From positions 119,908,001 through 119,972,000 of the forward strand of contig NC_059427.1 of NCBI RefSeq assembly GCF_021028975.2: 64,000 bases of DNA. The letters run 5' to 3'. The notes under the pieces are model-generated. The model was given only the letters and a program-made list of their open reading frames with translations, was not told the DNA's origin and ran no database searches. Source of the stretch: Sphaerodactylus townsendi (taxonomy: Eukaryota). Within the stretch, counting starts at the first letter, position 1; each line of letters begins with the position of its first letter. Positions 1-12,100 of this stretch are shown piece after piece. The position numbers and the translations under genes were made by a program.

Positions 1-1422
1 TCATGGCAGGCCCGAGAGAGAAGCGGCGTTACTCAGAAGGCTGGCTTTGATGGGGCGAAAGACCCGATATATCCTGGCAAGCTTTGAGCATGTCGGCCAG
101 GCTCGGGGTTCCTTCCCTAGAAGCCTGTGATCGCTGGCGGCACAAACTCCAGCGGAGGCGTTCTCCTTGGCAAGGCGCTTAAGGAGTTAAGCCCTGGGCC
201 TCCTCGTTGTTGTCAACCTGCCTCTTGAGGGGCCTCCTGGAGCCTGTTCCACAAAGCTTCGGCATAGGGCTCTTGGGGTTTTGCCGGATGGTGGAGAAAC
301 TCTGGGTTGGCTGGCCGGCATTGGGGACTTTGATAAAATGCCTTATAGAGCGCACTCAGAAGCGCTTACACCGTGAAAGAGGTGGCCTCAAGCGCAGCGA
401 CCACTAATCTGATGCGTTGGGGTTGGCATGCGGTAAAGCATCGAAAACCGTAAAGCTGAGCCGGCTGTGTAGGGCACCGCCAGAGGCGGCTGCCACTGCT
501 AAGGCATTGCTGGCGGAACTCGCTTTCCCAGATCACAAATTGTGCAGGAGCCTCCAGTGAGGCATGCGGAAGAGTGGTCTTCCAGTCAGTCCGGGAACCA
601 TTAAGGTGACTCCTGCAGCGACTGCCTGCGAGCATGCTTCTCACATAGGGGCTGGTGACTCCTGACGTCCCAAGCACCGCTTTTCGCGGAGCTCTCGGTG
701 AGGAATATTATAGCTCAAGGGGCGGTACACCAGACAACCTCGCCCGAACTATGCCATCCTCCCCCACGGTATCTGTGAAGCCGGACGGGGCACAATGCAA
801 GGATATCGGCATCGTCTTCCGTCCAGGGTTTCTTTCTTCTGCAGATGCGTGGCTACTACGTTCTCGCGATGAGTTTTGAAACCCGCGCCATTATGTAATG
901 GCTGCTTGACGGAGAGTGCAGCGGCTTTGGAAACAATGAAGGCGAAGCAAGGGGAGGGGGCGGCTGGGCCGCGGGAGAGGATTTGAATTAGGTGTGAGGG
1001 AGGCCCGATGGGGGCAGAAGCTTAGGACAGAAGCGTCCAATTTAGTGGATAGATAGAAATTTCCGGGGTTGAAATTGAAGCTGTGAAAGATCGAAAGGAG
1101 GGCGGCCTTACAGCAAGGGAGCACCATAGGTCTGCACCGGGCTTTGATGGCGACAAAACATTGTCTCCACTGTCAGTAGCTTAGCGACATCGGCGTAGCC
1201 GCAGGGCTCTAAAGTCTCGAAGAGTGCGCCCGATGTTTTCCCCAGTCCTTAAGATTCAATGTCCCCTCTGGGTAAATTCATGGACACTCGAGCTTCAATC
1301 TCCTCAACCAATTCTGGCGCGAGCTCCCTTCTCTTTACAGGGACCCTGCCGCGATTCTAGATTAACGGCTTTCAGTTCGATCAACGTGCTTGCTCATAAG
1401 CCCTGCTTTTGCAAGCTCCCAT
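1..1422 (-). pseudogene. gag: gag of a class II (betaretrovirus-like) endogenous retrovirus, MA to CA, frameshifted, continuing past the left edge
   Basis: ATG at 1422 gives MGACKS (myristoylation consensus MGxxxS). Frame-hopping translation gives the MA motif (CP..P)EGTLNLKDW(E)NIGRTL, like HERV-K CPWFPEQGTLDLKDWKRIG. CA motifs follow: GVTSPYVRSML and DWKT...PAQFVIWESEFRQQC (ORF 366-677), an MHR-like FSTIRQNP.EPYA..FV.RLQEA, and LKRLAKENA...LADMLKACQDIG. Confidence 0.9.
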
Positions 1423-1607
1423 ACTCTTCACCGGTGTTCCGTTCGGGCGAGAGAGTGTCCTAGGACGGCGTGCAGAGCTCTGGATGCGCCCGGATCCAGA
1501 GGACAGAAGCGATACCGAAACGGTGGTCCCTGGATGCGCCGATCCAGCGGACTTCGGTATCGCGGCCCTTCCCCAGGCGACGGTGAGCAGGGGGGAGGTT
1601 CGAGGAT

Positions 1608-1625
1608 TCCCGGGTTTCGGCACCA
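1608..1625 (-). other. Primer-binding site complementary to the tRNA-Phe 3' end
   Basis: The - strand reads TGGTGCCGAAACCCGGGA, an 18-nt complement of tRNA-Phe(GAA) ...UCCCGGGUUUCGGCACCA. It starts 3 nt after the LTR's terminal CA. Confidence 0.92.
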
Positions 1626-1628
1626 GCT

Positions 1629-2068
1629 TGTAGTCGACCCACGCGGTCAGCGTAAGAACGAGACGAGACGCGGAGATGACATCTGGTGGAGATCGCCAGC
1701 AGCGGGAGACCGGAGGTCCGTGTTCCTAGCGAGTCTCCCGTCTGCCGGTTCCTGGCACCTTTTATTGTTATTCTATTGGGGGGCGCGGTAGGGAGGGAGG
1801 ACCGGGGGGAGTTCGGCGGGAGAGCGCCGGAGAAGTCCGAGGAGATCATCATGTGATGCATGATCTCACCTGGCTACGTGCGGAGAGGAGCGTAAGCGTC
1901 TGAGCCTAATCCTCACCTGGGGGCAAGACCATTGTCCCTGCGCCCGGTGATTGAGCCAGGCAGTTCATGACCCGTGACTCATGGGGGGATGAGGTGGGGG
2001 AGTCGCGGTCGACCAGTGCAAGGCCGTGTCAGAGGGTCCGTTAGGCGTCCCCTAACGTTTCTACTACA
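1629..2068 (-). mobile_element. 5' LTR (440 bp) of the ERV
   Basis: Begins TGTAGT (2068) and ends ACTACA (1629), a 6-bp terminal inverted repeat directly before the PBS. CCAAT followed by AATAAAAG at about 1778-1759. CpG-rich. Confidence 0.85.
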
Positions 2069-2157
2069 CACGGTGTGCTGCTGGATCAGCAGTGCATTAC
2101 TACACAATATATTATTGTAGTCTCCCAGCTTTCAGCAAGTCACCATTTTGGAAAATC

Positions 2158-2598
2158 TAGTGGTTCCCAGCATATCGGCCATGGGTGCAGTGATGCCTGC
2201 TGACACCTTTTCTTGGTAACCACCAAGTGATCTTAGAAAGTAGGCTGGGACAGATGGGGCTTTTATCCAGCAGAGCTTCTCATTGGCCGTTAGAGGTTTG
2301 ACTGGCTGGGCAGATTTTTAAAATTGTATCTGTCACCACAGTACAAAGATCTTCACTGCGTGACTGAAGTGTGTTTTAAATGTATTATTTTAAATGGCAT
2401 CCTGTTAAAAAGAGCTTCTGCCTGATATGCTGAAGTGTTGCTATTAACCTCTCTTCTGGATGTTTTGCCACCTTCTGTGGCAATCATTTTGTGTTGGGAT
2501 ATGCCTTCTGTCACTGTGGCAACCATTTTGTGGTTGTGCTCACCACTGTGTCAGAATCCCAAAGATTACCACAGGGTCAAAAAAGTTGGGACCCCCGA
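2158..2598. mobile_element. Degraded non-autonomous hAT-like DNA element (related copies about 30107-30552 and 49617-50078)
   Basis: Termini resemble (C)AGTGGTTCCCA...TTGGGACCCC. Internal sequence is shared, in reverse orientation, with the two other loci. Confidence 0.55.
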
Positions 2599-5569
2599 TC
2601 AGGACCTTACACCCTCACCATTTTGACTAACAATTTACTTCACTCTGTGAGGCTGCACTAACACAAAATGATTGAGATTCACACTTGTGAACGGGAATGG
2701 GCACGGTGGCATGAAAATCTCTTTTGCCTATGATCTCTTTTTTGATTATTTCCAAACTCATGGAATTAGATATTAAATTCACACAGAAGGCATCAGAAAT
2801 ACTCATTTGTACCAAGGTGTTCAAATTTACCTTTCCCAGGATCAACAAAAGGGTTTTTTTTAATTCCCATGTCACCCAGATCAAAGCAGCACACTTGCCT
2901 CTTCAACCTGTTTCCTCTCCATTCTTGGCCCAGAAAAAGGACTCCTGTAACTGCACAAAGAAAACTATTTGAGTACCACATTCATTCTGCCCTTCAGTAA
3001 AACCACACCCTAATATTTTCCTGGCAAACGTCACTCCTTCCAGCTCAGATGCTTGGCATGTTTTGAATTCAAGTTTCAGGTTAGTTCCATTTTTCCTGCA
3101 CACCCAGCAGAGGCACTTTTGACTGCAAAGCTGAAAGGTGCTTAGTAAAACATTTGTGTTTAACAATGTCCCAACCTTGATCCTGCTAGTGATAGAAAAT
3201 AACCACTGAGATTGTTCACATAGGCTGTCTCCCCACCGACAATATAAACCATGATACTCACGGCAAAAAACACAGTTTAAGGAAGGACTCTCCACCGCAT
3301 ATGTTCCAAAAACGTATTCATCCAGGTTTTGAAGCGCGCTCTCCCCCTAATCGCGTGCTTTTCCAGAACCTGCTTGTAAGTGCATCTTTTAAAAAAACAC
3401 GCCCCGAAGGTGGATCCGAGGAGAGGTTGGGGTTTGAAACTGCATTCGGTTTTCCTGCCATAGGGAGTGATGTGGAGCTTCCCATCCAATCGCAGCGCAG
3501 CGATGGGCTGACATCACGATGAGGCATCGCAACAAAAAAATTTTTTTAAGAAGTCACCGCCCCAACACGACACAACAGCCAATCAGAACGTTAACGCCAA
3601 GCAGAATGCATGTGCAAGGGGAAGGTACCATTGTTTGAATCCATGATAGACGTGCATGTCAACACTGGACGCACACTGCTGAGGGGAGGGAGAAACACTG
3701 ATGAAACCTGGATAAAAAGGTTCTGATTCTTTTAAATCTGTATTTAATTTTCAGTGGGGATTCACCCATACAGAAGAACTTTAGATACATTACAGTTTTC
3801 TGCTTTGCCCCTCAGTCTGTATATTGCCTTGGTTGGTTTTGCTAAAAATTGTATGTGAATTGGGAGAACAGCAAATAGTGCCACTTTCCAACACACATAT
3901 TTACAATAAAATAATGTCCTAATGACCACTCCGCTTATCTATGGAAAATGGCTGGAAATGCAACCAGATATTGCCAGTCATCTCTTGTTTCCACATTGCA
4001 GATAAATGACTTAGGCCTGATTTACATGTGATGCTGATGAGGAAAAATGAATTTCCATAAGTGACAATCTATGAATTTAGCATCTTACTGAAATGTTGTT
4101 GTAATTTTTGCAAAGCATCTGTGAGCGCTCAGTTTGCACATTAGAAATCCACAACTCTTGTAGACAGTGGTGGATTCCACATAGGCCAAATATAACGCGT
4201 TTACGATATTATATAAACTGTTTGTGATGAGGGAACTTCGCACAGGTCCCGTTCCCAAAACAAGGTTGACTTGTTTTATTCCACTCAACGCGGGTTTGAA
4301 AAATGCTAAACAAGCTATCCTTTTGCACAATCCTGGGCTGTAGGTGCTCCTGCGCAAACACAACAGGCAGGAGACGCTTCATTTCCCCCCTTCCTCCCAT
4401 TCACTTTAAGTTCCACAAGAATCTGCCCGCCTGCCAATCTGTGCAGGTCACCTAGCAGATATTGGGCAGAATCCCTGAGCACCCAATAGGGTACAAAGTC
4501 CCCCAAGCACATTTTCTCCTCGAAGCAGCGAGTATGACCAATCTACAGCAACACATTCATTATTGTCCGGCCGTTGAAAGGAGGTCCCTTTTTTTCCTTT
4601 TGTGTGTTGTGCATGTGCAGCGTTACATGGAGACAGTGTGACATATTACATGGAGCTACTGTGTATTTAGCCATGACAGGGTTTCAGCTGGATGGGGCAG
4701 AGGGGGAAGGCTGGAGATCACCCAGAATTATAACGGATCTCCAGACCACAGAAAGCCGTTCTCCTGAAGAAAACAACTGCTTTGGAGGATGGACATATGC
4801 ATCATATGCAAACAGAGGTCCCTCCCCCATCCCTGCCTTCTGCTGTTTCTATCCTCCCAAATCACCACCAGGAATTTCCCAACCCAGCGTTGACAAGCCT
4901 AGTTTCAAACCCAAATTTTGTGCATGTATAAACATATTATGGCTTCCAACACTGCTGCACAGAACAGAGGACCTTCTGTTTGACAGATGAGTTTAGGGCA
5001 GACTACAGTCTGGCTCTCTAGATGATAACAGTAAATTAGGTGGCAATGTGTATTATTTTGCCAAAGTGGTGAACATTACAAAAACAACTACCAAACCAAT
5101 GAGAGTAGAGCGCATGTAACAGCATTTGAATTTGGAGCAGGTCCTTCAGAAAAGTGTTTCCCATAATCGGTGTGCTTAGAATTGTGCACTGCTTAATATG
5201 TTTAATATTCTGCCCTCATTGGTTTTTTTCCCATTTCACAATCTCAGCTCAGCATTCATAGGATGGTAGAGTCTCCAATCAGAGTACTTGCCAAACTAAT
5301 TTTACTTCAAAGAAAGGTAGTAATGAACAAAGTATGGCCCCACATGAACCTGCATTGAGCTTTCAGCACATGGAGGCTTCTTGATCTTTGCTCTTGAGAT
5401 GTGCAAGCTGCAGATCGTACATTACAAAATCCCCGATCTTATATTACACTATCCAATTTCCTACCTGGGGATTAATATTTGTATAGTAAATGGTAACACA
5501 CAAAATGGTTGTCAGAAAGCATGTCAATAAAGCTGGGTATGTCTCTGCTTGTACTGAAACATTCTTCCG

Positions 5570-5856
5570 AATACCTGGGCGGGGTCTCCCACTCTCCCTC
5601 TGGGCTTTTACTCGTTTAATCATAAACTGGTTTTTCTAGTCATTATTTTTTAAAGACAAGTTTCCATCTTTGCTCTTGATCACCTGCAGCCTGGGGAGGA
5701 GCCATCCAGATTCTGCTTTTAACAATCTACAGACCTTCCAGACCTTCCTGTCACACTGTCTCAACAGACGAGCAGGCAGAAGCAGCTAAAATATACCCAC
5801 CCCTCCTGTGAAGAGCCCTTTGGATGCAAGGAGAGAGGAGCTAAATTACTTCCAGT
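5570..5856 (+). promoter_or_regulatory. Putative EVPL proximal promoter and 5' UTR
   Basis: Immediately upstream of the ATG: GC box GGGCGGGG (5577-5584), GRHL-like AAACTGGTTT (5624-5633), E-box CACCTG (5681-5686), AT-rich TAAAATATA (5787-5795) and CACCC/KLF motif (about 5798). Motif inspection only. Confidence 0.5.
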
Positions 5857-5927
5857 ATGTTCAAAGGGGTGGGTAAAGGCTCCCCCAGCAAAAGCTCCCC
5901 CAACAAGTCTCCAAGCAAGCAAGCCAA
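5857..5927 (+). CDS. EVPL: Envoplakin exon 1 (MFKGVGKGSPSKSSPNKSPSKQA)
   Basis: Matches the envoplakin N-terminus MFKGLSKGS..KGSP. Donor AA|gtaagt, phase 2. Confidence 0.9.
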
Positions 5928-8588
5928 GTAAGTTATTAACTCTTTGAATGAAGTTTCTAATGTTTGCAGAATTGGAGGAGTAGGGAAGTATCACTGTCAA
6001 GAAGTCATCTTTAAGCGGGGATGCACAGGTAGGATGCTACCTACAGAAACGTCAAAAGAAATACTTGCCAAGTTCCTGGGGCAACCTACGCTGATTTATC
6101 TTCTCTGCACCAGTCCCCTCTTCTTTTCAGCATGCTAAACTCTTCTAAATATCTGTCTGGCTTTTGAGTCTTGTCAGAAGTGTGACCAAGATTGACGGCA
6201 CGAATCTTACTCTGGTTTTGTTCCTAGCCGATGAGGTCCTGGGTTCTTTGGAAAAGTCAGTCTTGGTAACCTAGATGATGTTTCCTGTGTAGTTCTGTGA
6301 AAACTGTGAACTGTTTACATGCTTTAGTAGTAAGGAACCCAAAATGCAAAAGGATCTTGATAGTGAAAGAGTATAGTGAGCAATTCAAGAATCTGTATAG
6401 AAGAGTATAGTGAGCAATTCAAGAATCTGCAGAACACCAAGATATGTGACTTGTCTTTTTAAATTCTTTAATCCACTCTGTTGAGAGAGATGTTGGAAAG
6501 CTAGAAAGGCATCTACTAACAACTCAGGAATCAAAAGGAAAATGTATGGTTGGAGAGCAGGAATGTGGTACCAAATATATATGCTGTGTCTCTCCTCTCA
6601 TTTTTCTGTTCATACCAGAATATGTGCAGTTCTTCATTAGAAAGGCATTAGAAGAAACACAGTCCATCAACGCTGATCTGGGTTTCTTCAGTTCACAAGT
6701 TAGATGTTTTCTGGCTATTTTTTTGGTATGGAGATCCAGATACACACAGCCTCTGACACAAAATAAGAGCTGTCAGTGCAGTGGCATAAATGCCTGCTTT
6801 GCTAGCTGCCACATTTCTCTTCTCCTTGCTGCTATTTCAATACTTCTCTGAAAAGGGTGTCATTCTCATGCATATATAATATGTGCAATGCAATGTAAAA
6901 GTTCATGTAAGAACCGGCCCAAATGGGAGAAACGAGTAAATCAAGTTGGCAGACAGTAATATAGTAGAGGAGTGATTATTTTGGATAAAGAACAGTTTCT
7001 GGATTTGTGGTTCTTTCTGGTGAATAATTAATTGCTCTATTGGGTAGAGGCCCAAAAGGGAGATTTTCAATATGCCAGCTCAACCGAGACTACTATGGGG
7101 ACTCTGGAGACTTAAGATGATAGTATAGTAGGTAACAACCAACTGCTTTCTAGTCCAGCATTTGTTTCTGAGGGCCTATTGCCTAGTCTGTTGGTTAGGT
7201 CCTGGCCCACCAGGAGGACTTTCAATTAGATGTGTGCAGCACCTTCTCATTGGACCTGATTCAAACTGGATCCCCATGCACTTGGGAACTGTACGTCTTA
7301 TTGTAGGGTGCATGCCTTTTTGAAAATCCTCAAGGTGAGCCTCAACACAAGCCAAGGACCGTGTAATGTGTAATTAAGCCCAAGTTACATGTTACAGTGT
7401 TTATGCATTCATCCCAGGTCCTGCCAATCAGATTTGGGACTTCTGTGGGGAAGCTGAGGCATGGATCCAGAATAATGTTTCTTGAATCACATGGACCTTT
7501 GCCTATGGAATATATTTTTCATACTTCCTCCTTCCGTGGCAGCCCAAAATGTCCCTCAAAATATTGTTTGTGTAGGTCCCCTCTCACCCAGCAACAGGAT
7601 TTCCATGGGACAAGTGAGGCAAGAAAATGGTGCTCTGTGGGCAGAACTCCTTGTTCCTGTAGAAACACCAGTCTGGATCCAATAATTATTCCCCAGTTCT
7701 GTGGGGACCTGATTTGGATTGGGACCATGGAGCATGGGGAGAGGGGTCTTCAGCCTCTCTTTGCTGGGTTTTTTTTTTAAAACCTAAATGGCCCTGAAGA
7801 AACATTATTTGCATTACTGGGGAAACTCACATGTAGCCCATCAGGACACATTAATAAAATGCAACATGTAGTGCAGCCCTGAAGAGTCTTTCCATCCATG
7901 TATAACACTGAATTTTATCTCTAGTGGGTAAATATTCATGCCGGTGTGGAATAGTGACAGATTAAGATCTGGGAGTCCCAGGTTTGAATCCCTGTTCTGG
8001 GATGACTTTGAGCCAATCACATAGCTTATCCCACCTCACAGGGTTCTTGTGAGGCTAAAATGGATGAGAGAGAAAAGGATATAACCTGCTTTGGGTACCC
8101 ACTAGGAAGAAAGTTGAAGTATAAATGAAGTAAATAAATAATTAAAAATAATGCTAGCCTGCTATCCTTACAAGGGAAGAATTCTGCTCAGGATGGCACT
8201 ATTACTGTACTATGTCATCTGTACTATAATATCCTATTCTTGTGTAATGGATGAGTGAAGGATAATAGTTCTGCCGGTTTTTATTTTTAAAAAACAAAAT
8301 ATTTGTGAGACAGAAGCACTGCTGGAGAGGTAGAGTGTACACCTTGTTAAGAATGAATTAGAACACTTTTAAAATGTTCATGAAATGCAAGATGTTGAAG
8401 TTGCAAGAAAGGCAGTGCATTTGTTGCAAGCACTCCACCATAAAACAAAGTTCACATATGGAGTTAAATTGCAGGAAGTTTTGCTCATCACCAGGGAACT
8501 GATAAGCACGATCCGTTCCATACATTTATTTCCTTAAGCCACAGATCATCATAAGCCAATGGTCCATTACACACAGAATGCTTACCTC

Positions 8589-9922
8589 CACTGGCGTAAT
8601 GCCCATTGGGCAAGGTGGGCAGCTGCCCAGGGCATCACCTTGTGGGGGGCATCAAAATGCTGGGTTCGTTTTGGGGTATTTTAGTGGTTTTCCATTTTTG
8701 GCCTGCAGGGGGCGCAGTTTTTTGACTAGCGGCGCCAAAATTTCAGTGTATCATCCGGAGACTGTCCTTATGCTACCCCCCAAGTTTGGTGAGGTTTGGT
8801 TCAGGGAGTCCAAAGTTATGGACTCCCCGAGATGCCTTCCTATCCCCATTGTTCTCCAATGGGAGCTAATAGGAGATAGGGCTACAGTTTTGAGGGTCCC
8901 ATAACTTTGGCCTCCCTGAAGCCAAACTCTGCATCAAAACCTGGGGGTATCATTAGGGCAGTCTCCTCTGATGGAGCAGACTTCGAAAGCTTCTGAGACT
9001 GTGCCCTCAGAAATGTGCCCGCCCTCAGCGCCTGCAACTCACAGTGGCCTTACTATCGCAGAAAACTCAATAAGCAGAACAAAGATTCTTTGGCAAATTT
9101 GGGGATGTTCTTGCAGGGAGGGCATTCTTGGATTTATCAGCACTAAAATTTTAGGGTACATCTCATCTGGAGACTGTCATGATGGGACCACCCCAAGCAT
9201 TTGGTGCAGTTTGAACAGGGGTCCAAAGTTATGGACCTTCAAAGGGCAGCCCCATCTCCTTAGCAAAGAATGTGGGATGGGGTACCCCATTTTGAGGGTC
9301 CATAAGCTCCCTCTGATCCCCTAAACCAAACTGCACCACACCTTGGGGTTGCCATCATGACAGTCTCCAGATGATACCCTGACATTTTGGTGCTGATACA
9401 TCCAAAAATGCGCCCCCCTTCAGGAACATCCCAGAAATTTGCCCAAGAATCTTTGGTCTGCATTGAAGTTTTCTGTATTGCTGTCAATGGGGGGTGCAGG
9501 TTGTGGGGGCATGTTTGTGAAGTCACAGTCTCCTAACTTTCCGCGTCTCATCAGGAGACTGCGCTGATGATTACCCCCCCAGGTTTGATGCAGTTTGGTT
9601 CAGGGGGGCCAAAGTTATGGACCCTCAAAACTGTAGCCCCCATCTCCTATTAGCTCCCATTGAAAACAATGGGAGATGGGGCACCCCCTTTGGGAGTCCA
9701 TAACTCACCAAACTTGGGGAGTAGCATAAGGACAGTCTCCTGATGATATGCTGAAATTTTGGTGCTGATATGTCTAAAAGTGCACCCCCTGCAGGCACCA
9801 ATGTCCTGGTGCAAAAACAAAATTTGGTTGTGGTGGAGTGGCCGCCCATGGGGGGCGGGGGCATCCAACTCAGGTTTTGCCCAGGGCTACAGTTTGCCCA
9901 GGGCTGCCTCGTTACGCCCCTG
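8589..9922. mobile_element. 1.33-kb non-autonomous hAT-type element with internal inverted repeats
   Basis: Termini CACTGGCGTAA...TTACGCCCCTG with perfect 8-bp TSD CTTACCTC (8581-8588, 9923-9930). A related fragment lies at about 23925-24062. Confidence 0.85.
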
Positions 9923-11770
9923 CTTACCTCGCTGCATAGTGGGGTCTTCTTGCGTTTCTCTGTTTACACAAAAGGTGGCACACCACTGCCTGCTGTGGGC
10001 CAGCTTTTCCTGGTTCTCCTGACTCTTCTTTTCCTGGTTCTCTTAACTCCGCCCATCAACTTACTCTTAAAGGCACAAAGTTTCAAGATTGCTGCCTCTG
10101 TTAGGCCTTTAATTTACTGTTATTGCAGTTATATCGATGTTGTAGCCTTTCCAAAAATTATTCCCACTAATGAAAGAGGCAAAGGAATTCCCTAGACCAC
10201 ACACCGCTGAAAAAAAGGACCATGTCCTAGATTCTCCCACCCACCCACTCTCACACACACACACTTCCTGCTGCTGCTGCCAGTGGAGAGGAGAGAAGTT
10301 TGTTATTTCAATATTCCTTGGTATTTCAATATTCCTGTATTAGATCTGGCATTATTTTGATAGATCTATTATGGTACAAATGCTTCAAGTTGAAATAAAG
10401 TTTTTGAAAGTCCTCCCGATCATCAGGGAGGGAGGAAGTAGAGCAGGGGAGGCAGGGTGGAGCAAAAAAAACAAACACCTGAAGCAAAGAATATTGCAGG
10501 GCCATTTATTTCATCTTCCCTGCAAAGCAAGGGAATAAGTCACTCTTTGCCCACTCTCACAAACAACGATTATTGGATCTGCCATGAAGTGAGTGTGAGA
10601 GGAGGGAAAAGGAGTCTATAACAGAAGCTTTGCCCTGTGGAGAATCTCTCTTCAGCACAGGGCAGAGCATCAGTGAATAATCAGCCAGTATTTTCAAATG
10701 TCTGTGACATTCACACAATCACATCCCCCACTGTTTGCTCGCATAATTGACACACTATCGTCATGGAGTCTAGTACTGCAGTTTTCTATTGGCAACATAT
10801 TATAATTGCACTCTTGGATAAATGAGAGAGTCCCCACAGCAACAACAAAAAGTTGAATTCCCCACATCAAATATGTGAAAATGTCCCTCCTTTTACAATT
10901 GTCAGCTCCACCTTGGGAAATCCCTGGAGATTGGGGATAATGGAGTTTGGGAGGGGATGGAGCTCAGAAAGAATGTAATGCATTGCAGTCCATTCTCCAA
11001 AGCTAGTATTTCCTCCGAGAAACTGATGTTTGTCATTCCAGGAGATCTCCAGTCCCCACCTGGAGGTTGGTAACTAATTGGCATGAAGAAAGTGATTCTT
11101 TTTTTTCCCAGAGATATCTCAGATGGTTAAATTATCTTCTGACCAATTTATATAATCATTCTGCATGCTGCTGGTTATCTACTTTTTAGTTAATTTTTTC
11201 CATTACATAATATATCACACAGCACTGTTGTCAGCATAATACTGAGGGGAGAATCATGTACACCAAATTGAATTCCTTGGAGAAATGGTGAATTAAAACT
11301 AGTGATAGATGCTAAAAACACAGCTAGAGTGTGCAATAAATTCTACCATCAGCCCACATCAGTTTGTACTAGGGCTGCCAGATCAACCTTTCAGACCCAA
11401 AGGAACACTCTGGACTTTTGAAAAAGAAAGATCCGCTATGAACTATGGGCCTGCAATGTTCCAGAACAAAAAGCAGCCTTGTAAAAATAAAGGATGTCTG
11501 TTGAAATAGGAATCATCTACAGCAGAAGCCTGAGGTGACTTGAACTGATAGTTCAGTATATATTTCTGATGGGGAGCGGGGGTGTTTTTGTTTTTTGCAA
11601 TCCATTTTACATATTTTGGACATTTTTGTGGTTCAGATTGTCACTGGCTTGTTAAAACTTTTCAGTACCCTATTTTTGAAAAATAAATTGCCATTATTTC
11701 AAAGCAAGACAATCTGGTAGCTTAGAGATGGAGGTAAGCAGAATTCTTAAAACCAAGTGATTCTCTAGTG

Positions 11771-12100
11771 CAGTGTTTCCCAACCTTTTCGATATCACAG
11801 TACCCTTGACCTCACTCTTCATATCTCATGGTACCCCTGCCATGCCCCTTCCTTCCCCTCGCAGTGCCCCTGCTTGCCACACACCCCACCTACCCCTCCC
11901 AGGGAGAAGGGAAGCACTGGGGGGGGGGGAGTGGCTGCTGATCTTGTGGCAGGCCCTGACCCCTGGGCCAGCTCCATTTCCTTGCTGGTGCCGGTGGGAG
12001 ACACTGCAAAAGTGAGGGGGGCCGGTAGCGCTGCTGCGGTACCCCTGGGACATGCTCACGGCACCCCAGGGTACCACGGAACCCTGGTTGGGAATCACTG
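11771..12100. mobile_element. hAT-Charlie-like MITE
   Basis: TIRs CAGTGTTTCCCAACC and GGTTGGGAATCACTG. Perfect 8-bp TSD CTCTAGTG. Confidence 0.9.

Noticed and set aside
720-1290. LINE endonuclease motifs (VYRP-like, GHxLDL-like) on the - strand
   Set aside because: The region is better explained by gag, given the LTR, the PBS and the ordered MA/CA motifs.
1608-1625. tRNA-Phe gene
   Set aside because: Only the 3' 18 nt including CCA are present, adjacent to an LTR, so it is a PBS.
3289-4500. Degraded MITE-like CpG-containing segments
   Set aside because: Termini and TSDs are too degenerate to delimit by eye.
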